Virus record (IMG/VR): IMGVR_UViG_3300011115_000874
Location: 32,001 to 96,000 of that record
Strand: one strand, 5' to 3'
Source: a virus
DNA length: 64,000 nt
The position numbers and the translations under genes were made by a program. The notes beneath the pieces are model-generated. The model had not been told where the DNA came from. It did not search any database and was given only the letters and a program-made list of their open reading frames with translations. This document shows, piece after piece, positions 29,236 through 37,483 of the stretch. Each line of letters opens with the position of its first letter. Position 1 is the first letter of the stretch.

Positions 29236-29463
29236 TTACACATTGTAAACCTCTTTTTTATTCACTGACCATATATCTCCATCCTTATCCATACAATGAA
29301 CCGTAGTGGGTCTTACCTTAACTATTTCTCCTACCCAATTTATTTCCCCAAAAAGACCATTTCGGATTAATTCAATTGTGGACCATTTAACTGATTCCCC
29401 TACCTTAAATGAACGTTTTGCTCTTGGTTTTTTAACTGCTGCTGTTTTGATAATCTTTGCCAT
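29236..29463 (-). CDS. Early-array protein, SH3/KOW-like beta fold likely (start revised to MAKIIK)
   Basis: FKVGESVKW...GEIVKV...VHC. Confidence 0.5.
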   Translation of the reverse strand: MAKIIKTAAVKKPRAKRSFKVGESVKWSTIELIRNGLFGEINWVGEIVKVRPTTVHCMDKDGDIWSVNKKEVYNV

Positions 29464-29530
29464 GTGTTTATATTTTTTAATTATGATTAAATATAACATC
29501 ATGTTCCCCAGAAGCCAAACATATCTTGAC

Positions 29531-29673
29531 CCTCCTATCCGGATCTCCCTACCGGATCCACCTACCCGATAATCCTGCGGCCATAACCGGGCATTAGGCG
29601 GCCTTAGGCGGCCCTCAATGCAATACGTTACCCGATACCCCTAGACCGGGTTAGGCCGGGTCCTAGACCGGGT
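29531..29673. repeat. GC-rich intergenic short-repeat patch
   Basis: taggcggcc x2, cctagaccgggt x2, acccgata x2, ccggatc x2. Confidence 0.7.
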
Positions 29674-29741
29674 ATGGATTCTACGCACGAGAAATGGGCA
29701 CGTTTCCGTACCCATCTCCCTATAATTAAAAAACACACACT

Positions 29742-30545
29742 TTATTCCTCTTCGTCCGCCTCTGGCAAACTGTACTCTACTTTACTAAACCCAATTCTAT
29801 ATTTGATATACGATTCAGTATCACAATCTCTGTTTTTACTAAAATATACCTTTCTACTATCACTACCTTTAATTCTATCAATATGACACATTGCTTCGGT
29901 CATGTGTTTCAATCTGTTACTACCTGCAAAATCACCTGCTTTAGTTACTTGTTGAATGTTAATGAACGATGTGTACTTTTTTAATTTGTTACCACCTTTC
30001 TTAACAATACATTGTAAATTCAAAAACCATAACTCAGCAGCGCTTTCAGTTGTACGGTAAGTATCTTTATACATTTCAATTACCTCAGCAATACTATCAA
30101 TCGCAATCACATCATAACCTTGGTCGAACACATACTCCATTGTTTCCTTAACTGTCTCAGTGTAATTCTTCAAAAATAATGTCGGTACAACCTTAAAACC
30201 AGGCATACGTTTGCAATATTTGAAGTGACCAATTTCATCCATCTCACCGCTCACAAACAATACCTTTTTACCTCTCGCCGCTAACTTAGATAACATATCT
30301 AATACCACCGTACTCTTACCTGAACCTGGTCCGCCACATATAATCATGTTAACCGCAGGCATTAAACCTTTATCCGTTGATAAAATCGAATCCATCAACG
30401 TTCCAGTTGACATTGGGCGAAATACAGATTCGTTAAACGATAACTCAGAACCTTTAAATATTTGAACTGATTTTGGGTCGAACGCTACTGTCTCTTTAAC
30501 TTTTGGCTTGCGACCTCTTTTCTTTTGCATTACTAAATTTTTCAT
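29742..30545 (-). CDS. RadA/Sms-like RecA-fold ATPase (ATPase domain only)
   Basis: GGPGSGKST Walker A, FVSGEM, IAIDSI Walker B, QVTKAGDFAG..LKH, KNR. Confidence 0.8.
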   Translation of the reverse strand: MKNLVMQKKRGRKPKVKETVAFDPKSVQIFKGSELSFNESVFRPMSTGTLMDSILSTDKGLMPAVNMIICGGPGSGKSTVVLDMLSKLAARGKKVLFVSGEMDEIGHFKYCKRMPGFKVVPTLFLKNYTETVKETMEYVFDQGYDVIAIDSIAEVIEMYKDTYRTTESAAELWFLNLQCIVKKGGNKLKKYTSFINIQQVTKAGDFAGSNRLKHMTEAMCHIDRIKGSDSRKVYFSKNRDCDTESYIKYRIGFSKVEYSLPEADEEE

Positions 30546-30610
30546 GTGTGTGTTTTTTATTATGAATTAAATATAACATCCCTTGTCCCGAAGGCCAAAC
30601 AAGTTGTGTA

Positions 30611-30823
30611 TTATTTTTTATTAAGAGAAGTTTTATAATTGTAAACAAAATCTCTCAATGTTTCACCTCGACAGATATCATACCCATTTTTTGCAGTGGT
30701 ATTATTTCTAGTAGCATATTCCTCTAACGCAGCATATGTTTCTGGGTATAATATTGTCTTCCACTCACTCAACTGTGTTTGTTGGATTCGAATACCTTCT
30801 CCTACGGTTAACTTCTTTGCCAT
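30611..30823 (-). CDS. Early-array hypothetical protein
   Basis: Own promoter. Confidence 0.6.
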   Translation of the reverse strand: MAKKLTVGEGIRIQQTQLSEWKTILYPETYAALEEYATRNNTTAKNGYDICRGETLRDFVYNYKTSLNKK

Positions 30824-30923
30824 TGTATTATGTGTTTTTAATTATATCTGAATATAACATCACCTAACCCAAAGGCCAAACAGAGGGCACCATTTTGTGC
30901 CCTCCTCTACCTTAAAGGTAATT

Positions 30924-31268
30924 TTACTTACCTAAACCCTCTAATACAGTCTCAACTACACTCTCAACATTCTCATCATCTAATACCCAATCAATACTAT
31001 CTACAACCTCATTTAATACTCTACCTCTACTAACTTTAACTTCAATTCCACCAATTACATCACTCTTTTTAGAGTATAAGGCATTTGTAAAATCAAAATT
31101 ATCCTTTTTACTTAACTCAAACTTCACACCATTTGCAACGGCATTACTAATTGTTTTAGTAAATTCAATTAACTCCTCTTTTGTGAAAGTAACAGTTTCG
31201 TTGTTAATTTCGTTTTCTAATTTAGCAACTTGTGCTTTTAATCCTAACAATTCTGCAATTTTGCTCAT
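30924..31268 (-). CDS. Early-array protein, paralog of 25938..26456; 3' part C-depleted
   Basis: Own promoter; plus-strand 30950-31071 has no G. Confidence 0.65.
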   Translation of the reverse strand: MSKIAELLGLKAQVAKLENEINNETVTFTKEELIEFTKTISNAVANGVKFELSKKDNFDFTNALYSKKSDVIGGIEVKVSRGRVLNEVVDSIDWVLDDENVESVVETVLEGLGK

Positions 31269-31338
31269 TTTGTTTTTGTTTTTAATTATTATTTTTTTAT
31301 TTGATTAAATATAACATCCATTTCCCACAAAGCCAAAC

Positions 31339-31563
31339 CTAACTTACCCTCTCTAAAAACTCTTCTTTACTAATCTTATTCTTAATAGCCCAAGATGCGG
31401 CATCACAAAAATAACCTTTAAAGAATATAAGATGATTGTATTTAGGTCTATTTATTATTTTAGGGTTAATTTTATAACCTTTTTCTCCAGCTATTTTAGC
31501 TAATAATTTTAACTCAGCTCTATCTTTACAGATAACTCCTTCATAATCTTTAAATTCTTTCAT
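31339..31563 (-). CDS. Early-array hypothetical protein
   Basis: Own promoter. Confidence 0.6.
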   Translation of the reverse strand: MKEFKDYEGVICKDRAELKLLAKIAGEKGYKINPKIINRPKYNHLIFFKGYFCDAASWAIKNKISKEEFLERVS

Positions 31564-31619
31564 GTTTGTGTTTTTTAATTATGACTGAATATAACATCTC
31601 TATTCTACAAAGCCAAACA

Positions 31620-31853
31620 TTACACAATAGTTCTTTTAACTGCTTTATACTCCACTAACTCATAACTTAACCAGTTTAATGGAATTTTTACTTTACCAAA
31701 ATTAATGGCCCCCATATTGGTGTTTGGGTCAAATTCCTCCATTATTTTAGATTTATTACCTACAATTTCTCCTACCTTAAACTCCATATCAAAGTGTTTA
31801 GTTATTTCTTTAACACCTTTTTTACTTAAACCTCTGTTGAAAATCTTTACCAT
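31620..31853 (-). CDS. Early-array hypothetical protein
   Basis: Own promoter. Confidence 0.6.
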   Translation of the reverse strand: MVKIFNRGLSKKGVKEITKHFDMEFKVGEIVGNKSKIMEEFDPNTNMGAINFGKVKIPLNWLSYELVEYKAVKRTIV

Positions 31854-31925
31854 TTTTATGTGTTTTTAATTATGACTGAATATAACATCAATGTTCGGCG
31901 AAGCCAAACAAAGTGGTGAGGGAGT

Positions 31926-32168
31926 TTAAATACTCACCTCACACACCACATAATCTAACTCCTCACCTTCCTCATCTTCACATGGGAACCCACTATCCTC
32001 ATTTTCCCAATCATAACTCTCATCATAAACTGGTCCAACATCAAATCCTGGAAAATCAAAATGATAAGTAAAATCAGTATGATCTGAAACTGATAATACT
32101 AATTGGGTCTCACCAAAACCCTCATTTTTTAACTCTGTTAATTGGTCGATTAATTCTTGTACTGTCAT
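31926..32168 (-). CDS. Very acidic early protein (MTVQELIDQL N terminus)
   Basis: Own promoter; D/E-rich. Confidence 0.65.
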   Translation of the reverse strand: MTVQELIDQLTELKNEGFGETQLVLSVSDHTDFTYHFDFPGFDVGPVYDESYDWENEDSGFPCEDEEGEELDYVVCEVSI

Positions 32169-32237
32169 GTGTTATTAATTTTTAATTATACTTAAATATA
32201 ACATCCCTGTTCCACAAAGCCAAACAAGAGGTGATGA

Positions 32238-32420
32238 TTATTCATCATCATCTTCAAAATCAATTTTTTCAAATCTCTCAATCTCATTTAGATCATCAAC
32301 ATATCTATCTAATTTTTGGGATAGATCTTCTAGATCAAAATTATGAGCTTTATCTATGTTTTTATTTGCTAGTTCAATAGCTTGTTTTAAGATTTTAACT
32401 AATTCTTTTTTTGCATTCAT
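32238..32420 (-). CDS. Early-array hypothetical protein
   Basis: Own promoter. Confidence 0.6.
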   Translation of the reverse strand: MNAKKELVKILKQAIELANKNIDKAHNFDLEDLSQKLDRYVDDLNEIERFEKIDFEDDDE

Positions 32421-32507
32421 AATATATATTTTTTAATTATACCTAAATATAACATCAATTGTTCGCGAGGCCAAACAAAGGGTGAAGGGGGGTTAAACCC
32501 CTCTTAC

Positions 32508-32861
32508 CTAAATCTTCTCACACATAGTCTCATCTGCCAAAAACTCTATAAATAAACTCTCACCTTCAAAATAACTACTAATACTTTTTCTAATACTAAC
32601 ATTATACCAAATATCCTTCCCCCAAATATCACTTAACTCTTTATCTTCTAAACAAACACCTTCACCTACAAACTCTTTAATTTCATTAATACTACAATCA
32701 TCATTATAATCTTCAAAATCATCATCCAACCAAAACTCATAACTCACTCTATCACCAATTTTATACTCATTATAATCACTCTCCATATTACCTAAAATCA
32801 ACCCATTAATAACATTTCCAATTCCAACATTTACATCAACCACATTTTTAAACTTTTCCAT
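32508..32861 (-). CDS. Acidic early protein encoded by a nearly cytosine-free gene (117 aa; start revised to MEKFKN)
   Basis: Only 2 plus-strand G (32527, 32536) in 354 nt; own promoter at 32886-32918. Confidence 0.8.
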   Translation of the reverse strand: MEKFKNVVDVNVGIGNVINGLILGNMESDYNEYKIGDRVSYEFWLDDDFEDYNDDCSINEIKEFVGEGVCLEDKELSDIWGKDIWYNVSIRKSISSYFEGESLFIEFLADETMCEKI

Positions 32862-33075
32862 ATTTTTATATTTTTTAATTATACCTAAATATAATAAAAA
32901 TGGTACACAAAGCCAAACAAAGGGTGACAAAGGTTTCTCCCCTATATATTTATAATAGAATTTCAATTGCGAAGACGACACATTGCCCTGGTGGCGAAAA
33001 TCACTGAAGCTAGTAGTTATTGATGCTCAACCAGACTAGAAAAAAGAGCAGGCGCCACGGCGCCCACCACTGTCT

Positions 33076-33537
33076 TTAGCTAACCGCCAAGTATCTCTCA
33101 GCCTGGCTCCAATTCTGGAACCATGGGTTACTAGCGTAGTTGTTTGGGCTCACATTCAGGTCTATCTGGCCTGGGAAGTGATAGTCAATATGCCGTAACA
33201 CCTTTTGCACTAGCGACGGCTTAACATACACCCAAAACTGACCTCCCTCGCTGTCATACTGGATCCCTTCGCCTGCCTTGAACTGGGTCTGGAGTGAGAG
33301 CTCAATGTCGTAGTGGGACAGCTCTCCTTTAGCGCACCCGCTTATGCAAATTGTCAATTTCTGGCTGTGGGGAATGGTTCTTTGAATCTCCTCTTCCTTT
33401 TCATTTTTATACATCTCGTAGGTGCTCTTTTCAAAGTCAGTTGGCTCCCTGTCCTTGTAGGTGACTTCCCATGCTCTTTTTACATCCACCATTAGCTTAG
33501 CTACTCTCAGCTTGATCTCCCTTAAATGATCTTCCAT
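33076..33537 (-). CDS. Early-array hypothetical protein, GC-richer than its neighbours
   Basis: 153 aa; own promoter at about 33555-33588. Confidence 0.6.
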   Translation of the reverse strand: MEDHLREIKLRVAKLMVDVKRAWEVTYKDREPTDFEKSTYEMYKNEKEEEIQRTIPHSQKLTICISGCAKGELSHYDIELSLQTQFKAGEGIQYDSEGGQFWVYVKPSLVQKVLRHIDYHFPGQIDLNVSPNNYASNPWFQNWSQAERYLAVS

Positions 33538-33589
33538 GTGCTTTATTTATTTAACTAAATATAACATCCCTTTCCCCCTAAGCCAAACC

Positions 33590-34100
33590 TTCTTGTTCCC
33601 CCTTTGGTTTCCCCTACCGGATCCTCCTACCAGTTACCCCTACTTGCTCCCCCTACGCGGCCACTGCCATTGCCCCGATGGGGTAGGCGTTTATTTCCAC
33701 AGTATCCCCATTTATTTGCCCCGGGGTGGGGGATATTTTGTATATATTTTTTCGATAAAAAGTTTGGCTTGTTGTGGCGGGCTGGGTTACCGTCCCCTTG
33801 CCCTCATATAACCCGTTTCCCCTACGTTTGTCACATACCACCCTTATATATACTTATATTTGGATATGTGAGTCACACTTGTTCTTCCGTTTGTCACACT
33901 TGGTCCTCCTACCCTATCACCCTACTTGATACCCCTACTTGTTTCCCCTCTTGATCACCCTACCTTTTTTCCCTTACTCGTTTCCCCTACCCTATCACAC
34001 TCCTGTCTCAAACGAATATTCCTCATCCGTCGTTTTGTTTTCCCTACCTGATTCCCCTACCTGATCTTCCTTATCTGATATTCCTACTTGATCTCCCTTA
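33590..34100. repeat. Cluster of (C)CCCTAC/CCTAC short repeats
   Basis: At least ten same-strand copies in the intergenic gap, continuing into the 3' end of 33995..34300. Confidence 0.7.
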
Positions 34101-34300
34101 TAATGTAGGTTATAATATTTTTCTCCATTCTCTATAAACCAGTTTTGTTTTTTATTTATAACATCTCTGTTATATGCTCCTACTATTATGTCACGTTCTT
34201 CTTTTAGTAATGTTTCTATGTTTTGAGACATCCAATAGTGAAATTCGCTTTCACTCATTTTGTAATAGTTCTCTTTAAGTTGTTGTATCGGTGTTTTCAT
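33995..34300 (-). CDS. Hypothetical phage protein (MKTPIQQL...E.YYN pattern)
   Basis: 101 aa ORF. Confidence 0.55.
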   Translation of the reverse strand: MKTPIQQLKENYYKMSESEFHYWMSQNIETLLKEERDIIVGAYNRDVINKKQNWFIENGEKYYNLHYKGDQVGISDKEDQVGESGRENKTTDEEYSFETGV

Positions 34301-34563
34301 AATTTTTTTATATCATCTTCCCATTTCCATCCTAAACATACTTTCATCATTGTTCTATGAAACCAATTAGGTTTCTTTTCAAATGCGATGCATAATGCTT
34401 TATTTCCTAGATAATAATAACCCACATATTTAGGGCCTATATATTGAGTAAATGTAGCGGTGGATGTATTGTTTTCAACAACCCAATCAGCATACTCACT
34501 CACTTCAGTTTTTATTTCCTCAGGTGTCTCGTTCATTAAACGTTCTACTGTTTTAGTTTTCAT
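34297..34563 (-). CDS. Hypothetical protein
   Basis: KKPNWFHR..MK..LGWKW. Confidence 0.55.
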   Translation of the reverse strand: MKTKTVERLMNETPEEIKTEVSEYADWVVENNTSTATFTQYIGPKYVGYYYLGNKALCIAFEKKPNWFHRTMMKVCLGWKWEDDIKKL

Positions 34564-34716
34564 CTTCTAAGTTTATATTTATTAATTCAATGAGTGCTTC
34601 TTTTTGTCGCATCTTCTCTAATATCTCTAATCCATGTCTAGATACTATAAAGTGAGCATCATTCATAAAGAAACTATCCCATACTATTTTTAATGCAAAT
34701 GCGTTCCAAAATTCCT

Positions 34717-35019
34717 TCATATTTCCTTTTCGTATTTAGTATGTGGATAAAAATCTACACAATAAACTTTTACTCGCTCCAACTCTAATCCACCATTGAA
34801 ATCATCTACTTCATAGACATGATGTCCTTCAAGTTCATCTGGGTATTTACTATTAAATGGTACCCATTCAACATATGTAACTTTACTATCTGTTCCTATT
34901 CCATAGTATTCATCTATACCTGCTTTGAGATCCTCTTCTGTATGAGCAGTTGCTATTGGCTTTCCCCATTGAGATAATGCCACATATGTTACTTTAATGT
35001 ATGTTCTTGTTTGTGTCAT
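34717..35019 (-). CDS. Hypothetical protein
   Basis: 100 aa, coupled to the upstream gene. Confidence 0.55.
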   Translation of the reverse strand: MTQTRTYIKVTYVALSQWGKPIATAHTEEDLKAGIDEYYGIGTDSKVTYVEWVPFNSKYPDELEGHHVYEVDDFNGGLELERVKVYCVDFYPHTKYEKEI

Positions 35020-35669
35020 ATTAATCGTTTTTCGTGATGATCTTTTGGTAATGTTAGTTTAGCAATTGGTCTAGATACCATTTTAATTAATATATCATCC
35101 ATTTCAATTGGCTCCAAATCATTTCCATCAACTCCTACATCCATTGCTTTACCAGCCGCCATTCTTAAATGTTTAGGTAGGTGAACGTGTCCATGTAAAT
35201 GTATTGCTCCATCATTCATTCCATTCCAACTTGCAATTGGATAGTGCATACAAATAAAATGTGCTCGGTCTTTTTTCTTACCTGCAATCCACCAACTAAC
35301 ATCTAAATCTAAGTAGTGGTTTACTGAACTGAATATTAACTGTATGTCGTCTCTATTTTTTTCAATGTGCCCATCATGGTTACCAAGTACTAAATGTACA
35401 TTTTGACATACAATTCTATCTCTAAATTCCTTAATACTCTCAAATCCACCAAATGACCAATCACCTAAGTGAATTAAGATATCATCTTGTTGAACATACT
35501 TGTTGATGTTAGATACTAATGTTTCATTCATTTTTTGTAATGAACTAAAATCACGAGTAACCGAGTCAGCATCTGTCCAACGTGTAGTTGCTCTACATAT
35601 GTTAGTGTGGTTGTAGTGGGTATCACTTGTGAACCATAATCGTTGATGTTGTTTTAATTCTATTTTCAT
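35016..35669 (-). CDS. Calcineurin-like metallophosphoesterase (start revised to MKIELK)
   Basis: SDTH, LGD, GNHD, HYP, HGHVH. Confidence 0.85.
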   Translation of the reverse strand: MKIELKQHQRLWFTSDTHYNHTNICRATTRWTDADSVTRDFSSLQKMNETLVSNINKYVQQDDILIHLGDWSFGGFESIKEFRDRIVCQNVHLVLGNHDGHIEKNRDDIQLIFSSVNHYLDLDVSWWIAGKKKDRAHFICMHYPIASWNGMNDGAIHLHGHVHLPKHLRMAAGKAMDVGVDGNDLEPIEMDDILIKMVSRPIAKLTLPKDHHEKRLI

Positions 35670-35675
35670 AATACC

Positions 35676-35708
35676 TAAATATAACAAGAAAAGGCCCGAA
35701 GGCCAAAC
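35676..35708 (-). promoter_or_regulatory. Early promoter whose -33 box is part of a GGCC-TTCG-GGCC hairpin with U tract (terminator/promoter hybrid)
   Basis: Minus strand reads GTTTGGCCTTCGGGCCTTTTCTTGTTATATTTA. Confidence 0.7.
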
Positions 35709-35709
35709 C

Positions 35710-36843
35710 TTAGTGTGAATCTCCTACATCATGTTTCTCACTATAGATCAAATAATCAGGATTAATTACTTTAGCTACTTTTTCTCTTTGTCCACTCACA
35801 TGTTTAATTACAATACCTTCGTGTGGCACTTTAGTACCTTCAATAAAATTATTGAATGTGAATTTATCCTGCATTTCCTGAGACCATGATGCTACAAGTA
35901 ACTCAGGTACGTGTGGTAATGATAATCCAGCATTTATAATATGTCTTGTTCTAATTGTATTCTGGTACTCGCCATTGATCGTAATATCAAACCCAGCAAA
36001 CTCTAACTCTTTCAACCCATAATCATAATTCTTTTGGATACCAGGGCCATATACTTCACCATACAATACAATACCAGATCCTACTTCTTCAAAAATGCTT
36101 AAGTCAACTGATTTTACAAAATGCCATAATTTGTTTTTGATATCGTACTTATCAGCAATTGTTCTCCATACGTCTGTGTCGTAGAAACCTTGAGTATCAG
36201 ATCCTTTCTCTACGTTATGTGAACCATAAACATACTCGTATTCAATCCATTTATCAGCCAAACGTAAGAACTTCTTACACTTATCCCAAAACGATAATTT
36301 ATGTTTCTTAACAATACCATAACGAGCATTTGTACCATGCATCTTACGGGTGATCTGTACGTTATCTTTTTCACTAAACATCCCAGTTACATTCTTGATG
36401 TTAGGGAATTTATGGTACACTGTGAAGTTAGGATTGTCTTTATATTTAATCTTACGACCTCCAGCTAATTGTACTTGACGTACTGGTGGTTCATATTTGA
36501 AGATACCTAACAATTCCATTACATCTGTTCCCTCGACACGTTTAACACCTTGAACATACGTTAAAGGTATAATCAAGCACTCAGAATATACTCCTCTCAA
36601 CTTAACAGTACGTACACGTTGACCCTTACGTAAGTAATTGGTTACGTTCATTGCGTCTGAAAGTTCTTGAGGTATGACCGCGTCTGTAGTTGCTACAACT
36701 ACTAAGTCATCTACCTTGTACTCTCCCTTCTTGATAATACAATTCCATCCACCGATAACACCTTGTTCGATATTATCAGCTCCAGGTATTTCTTTAATTT
36801 CATTTACACGTGCTACATAGCACACTGAGTTATTATTTTCCAT
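35710..36843 (-). CDS. RNA ligase (DRB0094/Rnl2-like family with N-terminal OB domain)
   Basis: IPGADNIE, RVRTVKLRGVYSECL, motif I TRKMHGTN, YGEVYGPGIQKNY, FDI, HEGIVIK, AKVINPDYL. Confidence 0.88.
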   Translation of the reverse strand: MENNNSVCYVARVNEIKEIPGADNIEQGVIGGWNCIIKKGEYKVDDLVVVATTDAVIPQELSDAMNVTNYLRKGQRVRTVKLRGVYSECLIIPLTYVQGVKRVEGTDVMELLGIFKYEPPVRQVQLAGGRKIKYKDNPNFTVYHKFPNIKNVTGMFSEKDNVQITRKMHGTNARYGIVKKHKLSFWDKCKKFLRLADKWIEYEYVYGSHNVEKGSDTQGFYDTDVWRTIADKYDIKNKLWHFVKSVDLSIFEEVGSGIVLYGEVYGPGIQKNYDYGLKELEFAGFDITINGEYQNTIRTRHIINAGLSLPHVPELLVASWSQEMQDKFTFNNFIEGTKVPHEGIVIKHVSGQREKVAKVINPDYLIYSEKHDVGDSH

Positions 36844-36844
36844 A

Positions 36845-37228
36845 TTATAACTTTATTTCAAAACGGTTTCGCATTTGTTCTATCTTATCATCTGGGCATC
36901 CGTGGATGTTTTTACCATCATGTCTATTCTCTACTATAAGGCAAGATGTTTGATACCCATACTTCTCAGCCAATTCAAAGTAAGCATCCATTTCCCATTC
37001 TTGAGTGAATGTATTAGCAACTACAATCATACCTAACCCATCTTCCATGGAGTGTTCAACACGTAGTTTGCACCAATTATGTGCTTGTTTAAGCTTCGAA
37101 GCATCAAACTTATATTCACCATCTCGCATAAAATATTGATCCGCTTCAAACATATAACAGCCTAATGACTTAGCTAGTGTTGATTTACCCGATCCAGGTA
37201 ATCCTCTTAATAATATTAATTGTTTCAT
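36845..37228 (-). CDS. P-loop polynucleotide kinase-like protein (AAA_33; start revised to MKQLIL)
   Basis: LRGLPGSGKST, EADQYF, VANTF, NIHGCP. Confidence 0.8.
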   Translation of the reverse strand: MKQLILLRGLPGSGKSTLAKSLGCYMFEADQYFMRDGEYKFDASKLKQAHNWCKLRVEHSMEDGLGMIVVANTFTQEWEMDAYFELAEKYGYQTSCLIVENRHDGKNIHGCPDDKIEQMRNRFEIKL

Positions 37229-37267
37229 AATGACTAAATATAACAAGAAATGATCTAGAAGCCAAAC

Positions 37268-37483
37268 TTAATCTTCATCATCGTCATCACCATATGGTGC
37301 TTCGTTCCATGTTTTGAATTGGTCGGCGCGTTCAATTTCTTCCCATGACCATTCATCTATTTCTTCCTCGTCTTTATATTTACTTATAATTTCAATTATA
37401 TGATGAGGTTTTAATGTGTGTCCACTATATATAACTCCACACAATTCTTTTTCAATTTCTTCTAATAAACTATTCTTATCCAT
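37268..37483 (-). CDS. Small acidic protein (start revised to MDKNSL)
   Basis: ORF coupled to the upstream gene. Confidence 0.5.
   Translation of the reverse strand: MDKNSLLEEIEKELCGVIYSGHTLKPHHIIEIISKYKDEEEIDEWSWEEIERADQFKTWNEAPYGDDDDED

Larger units (their letters stand above)
24700..33588 (-). repeat. Dense array of about 19 copies of the early promoter repeat, GTTTGGC-N18-TATATT(T/C)A usually followed by (G/A)nTATAATTAAAA, about one per gene
   Basis: Copies near 24709, 25840, 26480, 26726, 27280, 27600, 27894, 28873, 29197, 29488, 30568, 30849, 31305, 31586, 31876, 32193, 32443, 32886 and 33555. The spacer was 18 nt in each copy measured. Confidence 0.9.

Noticed and set aside
32508-32901. 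C-less genes explained as low-complexity sequence or simple AT bias
   Set aside because: The sequence is non-repetitive, G is plentiful on the coding strand, the ORFs have proper promoters and starts, and the depletion extends to amino-acid choice.
24700-33588. Repeat array as a CRISPR or integron attC array
   Set aside because: The repeats have a variable 18-nt interior, are separated by whole genes of 200-800 nt, are not palindromic, and match a host promoter consensus. No cas or integrase gene is in the window.
33653-33841. 62-aa minus-strand ORF in the repeat field
   Set aside because: It has no promoter or A-rich leader and lies inside the CCCTAC repeat region, so it is probably spurious.
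24442-37246. Apparent shared N-terminal peptide (MLYSGIIK / MLYLGIM / MMLYLII) on many track ORFs
   Set aside because: It is the translation of the promoter repeat (ATGTTATATT...), which lies upstream of the likely TSS. The real starts are the next ATG, so coordinates were revised.
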